A stretch of 57,446 nucleotides of DNA, filler included, from Sphacelaria rigidula (Eukaryota), in NCBI GenBank assembly GCA_964200075.2. It is 3 parts of 3 records of this genome, joined end to end, with 100 filler letters (N's around TTAATTAATTAA, not from the genome) between each part and the next. Parts side by side here need not be neighbours in the genome. Positions count along the whole stretch, not along the records: positions 1 to 19,098 come from CAXNAA020000733.1; 2 more parts are not named here. The stretch is one strand, 5' to 3'. Below the pieces are notes generated by a model. That model made no database searches, had not been told where the DNA came from, and was given only the letters and a program-made list of their open reading frames with translations. Position 1 is the first letter of the stretch. Each line of letters starts with the position of its first letter. Both the position numbers and the translations under genes were made by a program. This document shows, one piece after another, positions 1 to 14,300 of the stretch.

Positions 1-3000
1 CATCAACGAGTGCACTCGTCTCGACGAGTGATGGCTCGTCCGACGTATGAAATTGTGTCACGGTCACCACAGCCACAGTGACGACACCTGGTAAACCCCC
101 ATCTCGCCAACTGGGCGCCAAGCTATCATTGGGCCGCCGTTACGCAAGGTCAGTGGAAATTGCGATGCTTGTTCCACCGGACAAGTCGAGGGTGCCCAAA
201 GACTTCCTGAGTCCGGAAGACGGGCGAAATACGACCGTTCGCGGGCGCGCGGGTTTTCTGGCTGTTCGGCTGCATCGGGACAGGTGCCGATTGTTGGGAG
301 AAGGAGATGGTTTTACTCGGAAAAATTCGAAGCAAAAAACGAACGAAAGAAAAATCGGACACCGTTCAGGTGCCGTCTAAGTATGGCCAAGAAAACGTGT
401 GGGGAAGAGTGAAATACGTCGTTGCTCCGTTTACGAACAGTTTCCCCTGCATCCCACCGCACCTGGTAGACCGTGTCCGTCCTTTTGGATACGTTCAGTC
501 CACGTCTACGAACTTTTAAATTTTACTACGGTTTAAAAAACCCATTAAAACCCATTGGACCCGCTTTCGCGCCCCCCACCTACCTACCCACCTACGACGT
601 TGCGGCAGTCCCTTCTCGGACCAGCGCCCCGCGGTAATTGAGGACCTTCGCAGTCGCCGCCCCCAGTCAGATCGTCGCGCGATCCCAGGGTTGGTTGGAT
701 CACAATTTCGCTGGTGTCGACAGCGGCTGCGAACGATTGAAGCGGTGACTTTTCCGTAATTTCATCGGTCCTGGTAGCGGCAGCTGTAGAGCCATGGGCC
801 GATTTGCCGTCCAGGAGATGCAGCAGTTCTTCTGTCTTCGCCTGCGCCTCGGCGCTTTTTCCCAGATTCTTCGAAAGAAGTATGCTATGTCTTGAGCATG
901 AGCATGATTACCTTTCTTCTGGAAGAGACGCCGCCGGTTGACGGCAAAGGCCGCGTCGAGGTGGCAGCACCCATACCGAGATTTCTTTCGACTCACGGGA
1001 TACTCGATGTTGTCCAGGACTGGGTTGCTCCTCATCTCCTCGTTCATGTCTTGCAGGGTCCGCGCAGCACCGTGCCTGAGCGAGAGTTCTTGCACATGAC
1101 CTCCAGTGGCCCCGACGCGAAGCAGCGCCGGGCCGCCACCTGAGGATGGGGGGGGCAGCTCCGACGTGTCGCTGCCGTATTCCGGGGAATTGCCGGCGGT
1201 TATATGAGGAAGCTCGACGACGACGCCACCATGATGAGCTGCCAGAGCCTGTTGAGAGGAAAAATAGAACTGATCAAGTAATGCATGGATGATCAATCGT
1301 CGTCGCTGTCATCGATGGGAGAATTAGACACGGTCTCTTGAGGCTGACCCTGGTCCCCCTGTTTGTCTCCCCGGATCTCGTCCGTTCTGCCCTCGTTCAA
1401 CTGGACGTGCTTGGGCCACGTTGGTCCGTAGCGTTTCCAGATGTTCTCGAGTAAGTCCGTGTACTTTCCTGTCTTGAGGGATAGTGAAGATCCGCGAGAC
1501 AAAACACAAGAATGTTACTTGAATCCTATGCGGACCGAAATCCATTCTCATCAACACCCTCTGTTGACGTAAGGACTAGGGATAGACTCGCTACCCCGGC
1601 CAATTAGATCCAAAGATCCGGAGTCGCATCGCCTCTACCACCGCCCCTTACCCTTACATATGTCCTGAGGCATGCAGCCCCGGATTCAGAAGATCCCAGC
1701 GTCTTCCCCAACTGCATGCACTTAGTTGAGGATAAACGGAAACGGTACGGACCAACGTGGCGAATGCACGTCCAGTCGAAGGAGGGGCGTACGGACGAGA
1801 TCCGGACAGGGGTACCAGGGTCAGGGGGGGTTGGGGTTAGGGTTGGGGCAAGGTCGCCACCCTGATTACTTGAATCTGGAGTTGCAACGACTGTACTACC
1901 TCTCCGTCCATCGCTTCGAATGTCCTCGATCGCTGTTGCGCGCTCTCATCGATACGATGTCCATTGGTGCTCTTCTCTCGTTTCGCAAGCAACAGGCTTC
2001 GGAGGCTCATATGCCGTCGTCGTTGAGATTTTTCATCACCACCGGCGATTCCTCGAAATACGCCAGCGACTCGTCAGAACCACTGGAGGCTGTGGGCATT
2101 AGCTCTTGCTCAGGCGCGGGGCCCGCAACGAGGAGATAAGGGCCAACCCAGTCCTGGTGAACATCACGTATCTCGTGAGTTGAATACCTCGTCATGGGTG
2201 CTGCCACCTTTACGCGCCCCCTCGCCGTCAACCGACGACGCCCCTTCCGGAGGACCTGTCGGTTCCAAGGCCTCGCCCTTCTGCCGCTTGAGACCCTCTG
2301 CCTTTTTCTAATGCACTATACCCCCAACATGCTTCATGAGACGTCCCATGAGATCTGGAATTTCCTCGCCTGAGCGAAGTGCGTCAATCGTTTTATCACT
2401 GCAGGATAGAGGACTACCATGGTGAAGGCAGGCATCGAAGGCACACTTAACTGAAACGCGTGAAGGTGGGGAAGAAAACAGTACAAGCCAGTTTCACGGT
2501 TTCGCACAAGGCTCAACCGCTGCGCGATGCGGTCGCACAAAAAACTTTTAAAGTCACGCAGTGCGTCCCGGTGTGTTGTTTTTTGAAACCTGATACTGCC
2601 GGATACAACAGCCGTCTGTCCAGGTTGTAGCCCCGATTTGTAATGGTGTTCGTTGTTTGTGTCGAACACGGAAAAGCTCCTACGACCCTCGCCCGGCAAC
2701 CATTGATCGCTTTGATATACACGCCCGTCTAAAATTCTGATGACGGGAAGTGCTCAATGTGTGGAACAAAACAGGATTCCTATACCAGGGCGAATATGAG
2801 AGAGGATGACCGACGTCGCTCTGCCTCCCCTGGCCCTGCAGTGGTGAGTGTGAGCCCAATGCACGTTGAAGTCACTGTTTTTTTTTGGGTTCAACCTTAC
2901 CGTGTTGAGCCGGAAAAATAACACCTGATGGAGTACAAAAAGTTGTCAGGGCAGAAGAATGACGGCGGTGGTAACGCATAGCTGTAGCACTCATTTGAAG

Positions 3001-6000
3001 CTACGCTACGCGCCCGTCGAGGTCCGGTCCAATTTCACCCAGAACAGCACACGAACGAGCGACGGATAACCCAAATAAAAGTTAGCGAAATCTGTTCAAG
3101 CCAGAGAGTCATTCTCCAACATCGTCGATCTACACGCGATCAAAGATGATTCGGGATCCACGGATGGCAGCAAGATGAAACTGATCAGGCAGGTATTACT
3201 TGCTAACAGCCATCGTGCAACAACAAAAACGCCCCATCAGTGCTCGGGATCGTGCAAAATCTGCAATAGATAAACCTCGCTGTACCTCAACATTTTTTCA
3301 TCTGCGGCAACGGTCACGCAGCCGGAACGTGGAGGGCCGATACACATGCGTCTTAGCTACATAGAGTAACTTGATTTATCTCTGCGGCTGCTGTGTGCAT
3401 CGAGATATTGCCGTCTGAGTTGGTGGTGTTGAGGGACACTAAATATGCGGTGGAAAGGCGCATCAGATACAACGCTGGTATCCAAAATGAGCGGCCGGTA
3501 ATTGCGCCGCGTTCAGGTGTGTTCAGAGTCGCCGATATCTCCTCCAGCACTCACTCGTGGAAACATCAGCGCCGCCCATTGATAGGAAGGACAATGCGAA
3601 GGTGTACATGGCGTTGCTGCTGAGGTGGCGCGCGATTTGTGCTCATGGGATCGCCGCGCAAGGTATAACGTAAATACCCACACGTACTGTGCCGACTCAT
3701 TTTGTCGTCAGCGAGACCGTGACCTCTCGGCGTCTAAGGCCGGTTCCTATCGCAAACAAACAACGCCAAAAAAGAACTGCGTCAACACTTTGTCATCGCT
3801 CTGCGTCATTTTGCGTTCTAAAGAGGGGCTAGGACGGTGTTGACACGTTGAGATGCCTTCCTGTACTCGTACAAATAGTCCAAAACACCTTCGTGTTTTC
3901 TGGTGATGGTCATTTTTGTTTTCTCACGCATACACTCTTGTCCAAGAGTAGTCACATCCGGGGGAAAAATCCGGGGCATCTTCGCCTTACCCCGTGGCCG
4001 CAGATTTTTTTCTAACTAGACTAATATTCTTGTCCAAAAACAGTCGATACCAGAAAATAACTGTCATGGCTTTCTGGACCTGACTGCCACTTTATGCTGC
4101 ACTTGACTGTTCTTCACCGTTCTTGGAAGTCAACGCAACTTCGGCCGAAAACAAGATGAAAGCACCCGAATACGTTAGTGTGTGGTTTCGGAGTTGACCC
4201 TGATGACAGCAAGGCATTTCAAGGAAGCAAGACCCGCCCAGACATCTCTTAGGCCCATAAACGAAGCAGAAGAAGCAAAAAAAGCAGGTGTATCACATGT
4301 TGTGTTCGCCATGAGAAGCAGTATGAAGGGAGACGTCGCGGAAATGGGCCCCCCATGTGTGATTCGGAGGACCAGTGGTAACACGATCCTCCGGTGCGGT
4401 GCGGATGGTACAGTATCAAAGATATCGGCGAGAGAGAGACGAAGAACATCGCCCCACCTCTTTTGTCCGATCGCTCAGCACAAAATTCATACAGATGATT
4501 GATTCCCAGCAGTTCTCTCCTTGCGTGAACGCCATGGAGTCGACGCGCGGGTGTTGGCGGTGCTGTACAGTATCCGCAAAGGTCGAATCGCATACCATGG
4601 TGTGGTTCAGATTTGTCTTCTTGCGTCAAAACACTCCCTTGATTAAATGACTTTTTAGCCTCATGCACTACAGGTTATTCCCTGAAGGGCGTTGCCACTC
4701 CAAATACACTTCTGCACCCAAGGGTGCACCGCACATGCACGAATCATCATCGCTACGTATACGAGTCATGATTCATGACTACAGCCTGGCAAGAACAACC
4801 TTGAGCACAGAAATTTGTGCGGAATCTATCTACAGAGAGAACGATCCCAATGTGCTCTACAGACTGAAAACAATACTCGACACGTTCGTGATGATCGTTG
4901 CCCGCTTCTGATGCCGAGTCCTCTCTCTCGGACCCCCCGCATTCTGAATCCGGGTCTCCGATCTAGATTCGGCTAACAAGTTCGACTCGTGTCCGATGGG
5001 TTTATCTTATCTACCGTCTCGAAAGTTGCGGCTGATCAGATCTCGGGATATACTTCCCCTACCCCTTCCCTTCCGTCGCCGTGCGAGTAGGGCTCTTCAC
5101 CATCAGTCATGATAGTAGGTATCCCTGGCGCGCTGCTCGCTCCAGTCGCCGCGCCCCTTTCACGTGATGCAGCCGACTCCCCTCTTGCATGCTTCGCTGT
5201 TGACCAGCCTTTCTCGTTGCGAGATTGGGCGCGTGCACCGCCGTCTCCGCCGCCGGTTTCACTGATCGAATGTGGTCCCGGATACGCTCCCTGTACCATC
5301 TCCCTCCCGGCGTCGCGCCAGCGAGGCTCCTGACCATCTATCGTATCAACAGGTGCCCCTGGCGTGCTGCTCGCTCCAGACACCGCACCCTTCCACGTGC
5401 TGCGGTCGACCCGCCCCTTGCATGCTTCGCTGTTGACCGGCTTCCCCCGTTGTGAGATAAACCGCGTGTACCGCTGTGTCCGTCGCCGGTTGCACGAGTG
5501 GAATTTGCGGCGGTCGCTTGCGAAGGGGGCGGGGGCAGAAAGCAGCGGCCCTGGCAACCGCAGCCCAGCGTGCAGTTCCTCGAACACCTGCAACTCTGAT
5601 ATATCTGTTTCGTCGTCGCCTTTTGCGGGTTGCATGTACATCTGAGTGTTCGAAGGTTCCCGGATGTGTCACGCACGTGTGAGTTGACAGGTACACACCA
5701 ATGTTATCGCGTGCGCGCTCTTCCGCCCCTGTGCTCGCCGATTTTACACTAACCTTGTGATGAGTCCTCCTCTCTGGTTCTATGCCGCACCCGCGTCTGT
5801 TGAACTTCACTGTGGGCATCCTGTGTAGAAAGCTCTCCCCCCAGTGTTTGAAAACTGCATCGGATACACTGACGTGCTTCCTACAGGCGTCCAAGTTGGG
5901 TCACCTATCATCGCTGCCGCCTTCCACTGCGGTTTTGCACCCCCCAGCTTGCCGACAACAACACCGGCATCTCCCGTCGTGTCTGCCATCACCGCCGCTG

Positions 6001-8225
6001 TTCTCTCGCCCCTTTGTTCGCCTGCTACCGCCGCCGCCGTAGACTGCCGGGCGGGTCTTTTAACCCGATCGTCCACGCCGCTCGCATCAGCAGTCTGTCC
6101 TTCCCCGGCTCCCTCACTTCTCAGCGCTGAGACTTCGAGGCTCTTGACAGGCCTTTAATCCCCCTCACTGGCCGTGCCCTTGCCGGGTGACACCCCTCAC
6201 ATACCCGCACCTCGCGGCCGCCGTCTTCCCCACTCTCTCCCCTCGCTCCCGTCCAACGTTCCCGCCTACTACTGCCGCAGCCGTTGGCGCGAAGCCACCC
6301 AGAACAGGCGGCATGCTGGCCCCCGTGAGTGACGATCAACAGTTCTTTTCATTTTTCTCGAGTAGAATCCGCTTGGACGCACCGGTGGCTTAATAAATCC
6401 GGATATATTTACTGTTCTCGCGAAGTAGCCTCGGGAAGCGTGACGGGTGGGGAAGAGGCTCCGTGGAGGTTGGATGGAACTTCGTGTTGCATTTTCGAGC
6501 TTGTCTGTTGGCCCTCGTTGCCCGTGCGCCTTTATACTTCCCACTGTGTCAGGGTGGTCATACGGGAGCACAACCAACTCTGTCCCGGCGTCCGTCCATT
6601 CAGTGCCCACCTTATCCGTGTGGTGTGCTTCCACTGCCGGGTATCCACCCTCTGTGACGGCCTGAGCAGATTCTCTGTGCGCCTCTACGACATCGTTCAC
6701 GGTATGACTCAGCGCCACGTGGCACGGATCCAGCTGTTGTGTGTCGGGTCAGGCAGATCTTATCCACTGCACGGGAAGACTTTTGTTCGAGTGCCCTATA
6801 CCTGAGCAGGCAGCGGGGTGGTATGAGTAAAACATGAAAGTGCGTCAGGACAATGTGCTCCGATTTTACTGCCTCTTCAGAATACTCACGGTGGATTTTC
6901 ACTAAAAATCGTAATATCGGTGTGCCACTAGCCGGGCGTCATGAACCCCGGAATAAATTGAAATTGGAAGCGCCCTGGGCACAGGGCAATCTATCATAGT
7001 CGTGCAGGATCCCGCGTATAGTGCGATTGAGCCTGATTCGTGATTCAGTGAGTCCCCCCCACATCCACCCTCCCGGTGGGTCGACGAGCTTTCGCACGTT
7101 CGGGTTGATATTACTTCTGATCTGAAGTGTGCTTTTCCTTTCTCCAAAGTGTGTGTTAAGGCATGCTTTCATTTTGATTCATGCTTTTGTGACATGTGTA
7201 CGGCGATACACGCTGGAGGGTCGTTCGAACCAGGGCTCTACACGTTCACATTCACGTTACGTCCAATACATGTGTAAAATTTAACGCTCACGTTACGTTT
7301 CGCTTGGCACGTTAAAAAAATTAATGTTACTTCTCGTTACATGGAACGTATATTCGAAACGTTTTAATGTTACATGACACCTAATATAACGTTTTGACAC
7401 GTGTAACGTTCGAATGTGAAGGTTCATTCTGTGCATGTCGCGGCTCATATACCAGTGTTCAAGGTGTTGTAACGTGTTATGTAACGCGTGACGCTATCGT
7501 TCACGTGACGCTGAGGGTGGCCCGTCGTATCGTTGAACGTAGACCTATTATCTGATTTTGTAGCATTGCTTTCGCTACAGTGTATCGTGCATTCGTGTTC
7601 GACCGTTGTTTTCATATCTTCTCCTTTCTCCCATCTTTTTGTTTTCATTATTCACTTTTCGAATGCTTGGTCACTCGCACGACGGCACACGCTGTACACA
7701 CAACGGATCGTGAACATGATTTGAACCTCGGCTATTAGACGTTACATATGCAGTTGGACGTTACACGTTACATTAAACGTTTCATGTCATGTCACGGTAC
7801 AGTACACATCACATGAAACGTCATGAACACGTCAAACGAAGCGGTGCACAGTGCGGATCTCAATGAAATTTGAAACCCCGAAGATAGTGCTTCAATTAAC
7901 ACGAGTGAGTTTGAATGACCATGGTATCGGACACATATTTCAGCAAGTTCGCGCGCTCTGCGCCACAGCACAAGCTACGAGGTGTCGTTGCAGACAGCAT
8001 CATAACATTATAACCATCTTGATCAAATGCATATCAGTAGAAGACACCAGGTGTAACGAACCCGTTCACGTCACCTTGACGTGCAACAAGTACATGAGAT
8101 GGATCCAAGGGGGGAATTGGCGGGTCCACAGCTAGGGGGTGCCGCAGCCTAGGGGAAGCACTTGACCGATGTCCTCGCGTCTTGATATCCCATCACTTGA
8201 CGCATGTGCATGTGACGATCTTCAG

Positions 8226-8317
8226 CAAGAACGCCGGAATCGTACAGGAAGGCGTCGCGGACGCTCGGCAACCTATTGGCGGACAGAGGGCATGTCACCA
8301 TCAACGGGGCGGGGAAG
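8226..8317 (+). CDS. LOG: LOG exon A (first identified; starts in phase 1)
   Basis: ttcag|caaga ... gggaag|gtgagc; encodes RTPESYRKASRTLGNLLADRGHVTINGAGK. Confidence 0.85.
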
Positions 8318-11300
8318 GTGAGCGATCATGGAACTCTCCATCTTTTTACGAACGTACGCTGCAATAACTGACTCGCGCTACGACAGGGGCGCACGTCGTT
8401 GGCCAAAACTCGACTGAGGTGTTTTCCCTTTGTGGATCAAGAAAATTACATTTTTTTACACTTTGTGATGTTTGCCTACAAGAGGACTCTGCCCAGCGAT
8501 CAGACGCAACTTCGTCGTAACTTCCCTAAATATATAATGCGGGTGTGCAAGAGCATATGTTGAACTCTAGTACGCGGGTCCAGAAATGTTTTGCGCACCT
8601 TCACCGCAGCACTACTTGAGTTCCTGTCTTGTCTTCATTCCAAGCGATACCCTGGTGTGTCACGTTGGGTTAATGATGAATACTAGTAGGCAGCCACTGC
8701 TACGGCAGAGGGGGGTTGTGTCGACCGTACGCGAGTCAATGTTTGTCGGTGACATCATCTACACTCTCCACGGTCGCAGTACGGTGGTGCGTACTTTCCC
8801 CGTACCGTACTGTGTAGTTTTTTCTCGACATGGTACTAATTGCTTTTTGCCATCACCACTGTATGCGGTATTAGGAATTCCGTTCGTGTATTTCAAGGGG
8901 CGGCCTGAAGGTAAAAAGTGTACCACACTCGATATTTTACTTTCGAGCCCAAATCGGGCAAGGGCGAGCACTCTTCTACATGCTTTACTAGTAGTTTGCG
9001 GCCGCGGCCCCGTGATCTAAATTAAAATGGTACGACTGACGAATCACGTGAGGAAAACGCGGGTTCGATTCTCGCTACATGCGTTCAGTTTGGATGTATC
9101 TGGTTTCCGTCGTCGAAAATCGGGGACGTGACCAGTCAAAGAGTCTTTTTGACTTTGTTAGACTACCATCGACGCGGTGCGCTTGTTCTGGTCGTGATCC
9201 AGTCCGCGATACCGAAATGTAAGGCGTGTGCCGGGGGAGAGATGAGTTGACCCCTTCGAGACCGCGGACACGTCACGAGGAAGGGGACGGGTTGTCCGCG
9301 AGTGCAAAAAGTCGAAATGACGTGGCGCGGAACGAAGGAGGTGGGCGACTGAGATCAAGAGTGTGTGAAAACTACACTGCGCTATTCAGGGGAAAAGGGT
9401 GGTGAGAAAACATTGGTTCACCTTGCGAGTTGTTCATGTACATTGTATAGCTCGTGCGACCAATGCAGCTGCTGCTTGCAGAGGTCTTCATAGTGTCTCT
9501 GGTGGTTTCACCCCCCCAGGAACCTTGCGCGCTTCGTCCCGGCTTTGTAGGGACGGACCCCCGATGCGGTTGCTGTCGGTTAGCGATGACGCTGTAGAAC
9601 ACGCCACTCACTGCGTGAGCTAGGCAAGCACGCAGACACACGGAGCAAACGAATGACTGTCTTTTGTAGTCACAAGTTACCTTTTATGAGACGAAGAAAT
9701 GCTTTTAATAGAACTGGCATATCTTTGAGTTTCGGCACCACTCCTGAAATATTTTCGATAAGCTCGAATACCGTGTTGGAGGAAGGAGGATGGCGGGGTA
9801 CTGTATTTGAAGTGCAAGTACTGGGGCTGCCAGACGTTTGCAGATTTCTGCAAAATAAGTTGGTTCACGTTTTGAAAGTATGTTCCTGGGATCAGGGTAA
9901 GGACTTACACTATCTTCTTGGAGGTTTTGGTACGAGCTGGCAGCGAGTCAGAAAGACGTGGTGATGAAAAAACACCAGTGAGGAGGTTGGGTTTTAGACT
10001 TTCCTGTAGACCGCGCCGCATCCTACAAGGGCCTGTAGGAAAATATCAGGTCACTCAAACAGTTGTTTTGTGTGCATCGGAACACTCCTGCAGCTGATGA
10101 GCGGCTTGCAGAGGTGTGCAGAGGTCTTCATACTGCTTCAATAGTGTCTTTTTGGACAAAATGTTGAATTTTGTATCAGGAAGAAAAATCGGCGAGGGCC
10201 AGCGGGTGGGTGGGCGGGGCGAAACTGAACGATCGATTATCTGTTGGAATCTGTCCGGATCGATTCTACTTTTGTCACCCCCTTCCACGAACCGAAGTAT
10301 TAATGAAGACGAGTAGGGTGCGTCGCGTGGATATTTTGACGTGACTTCTGTCTTCTGTGGCTGTTGTTGAAAAAACAAGCGCTCACGAGCGGTCCAAGCT
10401 AATCAAACGAGAAAGTGCTCAAACATCACTCTTGCCCCCCCTCGTTTTGTTTTTTACAAACGCCGTATCCTAACATGCGGAACGGCCCTTCGTCCGGTTG
10501 AAACATATTCCAAGTTGCTGCAGTTTAGGCTGGCATGCTCTTTGTGATGGTGTTGCTTTTGTTCACGCGGTCGCTCGACGACGCCCTTGCTTTATTGCAA
10601 CTCTCTAACGCCTGTACGCTCACGCTATGTAACGGCTATCCCTTCACTCTCTTCCGATGCTGTGGTGGTATTTCGATACTGCTGTCGAACGGTGCTGTGC
10701 ACGTAAACTCACAACTGTTTTGTCCCATTATGCAATGACTCTATTCGAATACATGACCCCACAGCATGGGTGCATGGGAGCGCTGAACGACGGAGTGACG
10801 GAGCGCTGTGGGCGCGTACGAGGGGTAATCCATGAGATGTGGATAGTGGATAAATCCGAGCACCCCGGCATAAAGGATCTTACAGTGGTGGGCGGCGAGG
10901 GCTTGCAGGTGTGGGTACTCATAATTGGACAGATGTTTCATCTTTTTCAAGTCGAAATTTATGGTTATCACCGTGCCCCGATGGGCCAAGTGGTGGAAAC
11001 ATGAGCAGATGTGGCGGATAAAAGGGATATCGAAACCCGGCAGGTGTGTGTTGCTGATGTCCATCGCTGAAACATGAGCACATGAGAGGAGCGAAGAGAC
11101 CGGTGGTTGACCTGCGGGAGTATATTCCCTCACAAAAGCATCGGATTTCGGCCGTTGAAAACCTGGCAGAAGGCCAGCAGCAAAAATGTGAAATTCATTT
11201 GGCAAAAAGTCGACGCGACGCGCGAGTGTTGGTCGTGATCCAATTGGCAGTATCAAAAGGTAGGGCGTGAAGCCGGGAGAGATGGGCTGATCCCTACTCG

Positions 11301-14300
11301 TGGAGACGACGGACTTGTTCCGACGGAGGGGAGGGGGTGTGCACTCATTTGTTGCCTGTCTTGGTCGTTTGACCCTTGACCACGCATCCCTCTCGAGACG
11401 GAGCACGCTCCCGAGGAGGGGGGAAGATTGAGACTATGGAAGAAAGAAAAAAACATGTACGTATTTTATCTCTTGTCGAATTGATCGCTCGAGTGTCGAT
11501 TATCCTTACTTCATCGGTGAAGTACATCATTGCTGCGAAATTTGCCGAAGATATGCAACATCGTTTTACTTGTGCACGGCTTGGTGCTCCTCCTAGCCCG
11601 CGAAAAAAAAGCTCATGGCTTTAGGTGTCTTGGATATGGAGCTTTATTATGCAATAGGTGGTGGAAGTGTCGGTGAAGAAATGCTGAGGGCTGCAGAACA
11701 TGAACACGCTCGTGGTACAAATGGGCGTATCCTGCCTACGTATGGTTACCCGTGTGTTCGCACATCATTCATGTTTCGACAAAACACTATACATTTGTGT
11801 AGTCTGCGCCGACTCATGGGGTATGTTCGGAATGTCTGTACTGGTTGATGGAAGAGCCACAACACCCCCACATTTGCAAGCAGCCGATGGAAACAAATCA
11901 AGTGGTGGGACGCCTGAAATGAATCATGAGCGTGTCAAAACCGTCTTCACCGACGGTTATTCGCAAACTAGTTCGTCAAGGGTTAATGGGTTCCTTGGTA
12001 TGTATCCATGATCGATATGCGTGACGATCCACGAGAATCAACAGGCATCCGGCACCACATCTATCGGCGCACCGCGCCCACATTCGTGTCAGGAACGAAA
12101 ACGGGCATTGACGGCGGATGCGGATTGCATCATCGCGCTGCCGGGCGGCATGGGGACGTGGGACGAGTTGTGGGAGGCTGCCTGCCTCAAGGGAATAGGT
12201 GCGAGGGAAAGAGTACGAGCGGCATGTTTCACTGTGTAGCCCGGTTGTTGTTTCGAGCTCTCTGTATCACACACACGTCATGATCGGGGATCATGCGGCT
12301 TTTGAACCGCCCGACGTTACTTGAGAACCGCTCGACCACCAAGCTCGGAGATCGCACTCGAGAAACTTCACGTCACAACAAATTGAAACGCACAGCAAAA
12401 CGAAATATCCCGAGAAGGGACAGCTTGCGTGAAAATAAGTGTGCAAACGCGCGGCATAACAAAAGGTCCAAAGCCGCGTCAATTTCCTCTGCACCGTATC
12501 GACGCAACCTGCTTTACCTATCTGATTGCAAGGCAAGCATGTGTACCCGTCGAGGCATTCACAACCCGCGGTGTTGTTTGGCCTAACTCGCGCCCGAGAG
12601 TTCGCCGAATTTGGTGTATAAAGTATACTCTGCATGGGCTATGAGCGTCTTCCCTTTCTGTGTCGGGATGGAGTTTTGAGTGCTTTGGGCCTTGCACGAG
12701 CAGCCTCCGCCGTCGTGTTCACTTGCATCCATTTTTGGCTGAAAATTCGGTGGATGTACCCACTTTTGACCCCTAACTATTTATACATGTACGAATGTTC
12801 ACGAATGCAAACCTTGATTCATCTTGACTACTGTTGTACCAGGGAAATACCAAAGGCTGGGCCAGCCTTGAAGCAGATTGGAGCTTTCACAGCTATATCT
12901 CATCGACGCAAACGAATTGGCGCGTGATCCCCACATCTCACGTATTTATTGCCTAATCAAGAGGCAATTGTCCATCTGCTCTGTAGCCTGGGTGTTTTTT
13001 TCCTCGTTGAATAGACGCCATTTCGAGCATATCCCATGACAAACGGAGAGAATATACTTGAGTCTTGACGGAATCCCGATCGATATGTACAGCAGACGGT
13101 GACGGTTTTTGGTGTGAACATCCCCTCGAGCACGGGCAAACGATGGATACCCTAACCTTCACCTCTAATACTTCGTTCTCTATTCAGAGATACGGCGCAA
13201 AAACAATTCCATGTCAAACTCAGTACATTACTAGTGGAGGCACTAACTTTCCACTAAATCTGGGATTCTCACATTCATTTTTAGCGTCCTCCTTCGAAAT
13301 TTGGTATGGGTTACCGCGAATGCACACTGGAACTGCCTGGAACTTTTGTTTTTTAAAAACAAATGATGACGTTTTTCTGATGAGTTGGTATTGTTTCTGA
13401 CCCTCGACTCATTTTCTGTAGCCATGCTTTGGAATTAAAACAACGCTATCGGAACCACGATCTTAGATTATTTTCGTGAGTTGACCTTCTCGTGAAGATA
13501 ATGGTCCTTACTACACGGAAACGTCCTTATTTCACGAAACAACAATATCCCGCAGTTTTTTTCTTCTCATTATGCCCTAGCGATTCTTCGCAGAAATTTC
13601 AACGCACACACCTCGAAGCTGCTGAATTGCCTGAAACATATAGCTCCGTTTGTAGGCGAGGTTATACCTGGGATTCTTACGTCAGGTGTAACAGCTGCAA
13701 ATTAAAGGTTGGTGTGGAAAATCGGTATGGCGTACTAAGAAAAATCATCTCCACTCACTGAGATATTTATACATATGTTCATGGTTTTAGTGAAGACTGG
13801 ATATTGTTTTCGGCCTTACCTCGTAAAAAATAAACGATCTCAGCGTGTGTGTGCGTGTGTTGTCGTCCCATCTATTCTGGACGTCGGTCTAAACCTTTCG
13901 GTATATCTGGGCGCTCCAGCCGGGGTAGCACAGGAGAAAGGCCAGCACTGGAATTTTTTCTCGTTTATTTGTTGTAGCCCTCCACCTTCCTTCTGCGGTG
14001 CTTGCCTTTATTTTTATCGCGAGAGTGGTGCAGCACTCCCTTCCCCTCGTTAACCGTTAACCCTTTTAGGACCGGGCCTCCAAAACAAGCAATGAGGCTG
14101 AGGCTGGTTGGGAGCGACGTGTCTGGCGTCTGCACGAAATAGTCGCTTCATGTTGCTGAAATCCGCGCATGTAATCGCAAAATTATGGGTAAGACCGAAA
14201 GTTTCATCCAATCTATTTTCAGGTGCAGGGTGCGCATTAGGTAATGTACATCTGATGTAGCGAGCAGTATGGGTCGCCGTAGAGTGCTTTCAACAGAATG

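Noticed and set aside
2796..2849. Candidate first exon of LOG (ATG ... gtgagt donor)
   Set aside because: No LOG N-terminal motif, and neither ATG frame gives the phase-1 junction needed for 8226.
9575..9626. 50-bp match to 55141-55191 (tcactgcgtgagctaggc) as a shared regulatory element
   Set aside because: More simply a fragment of a dispersed repeat; no functional evidence.
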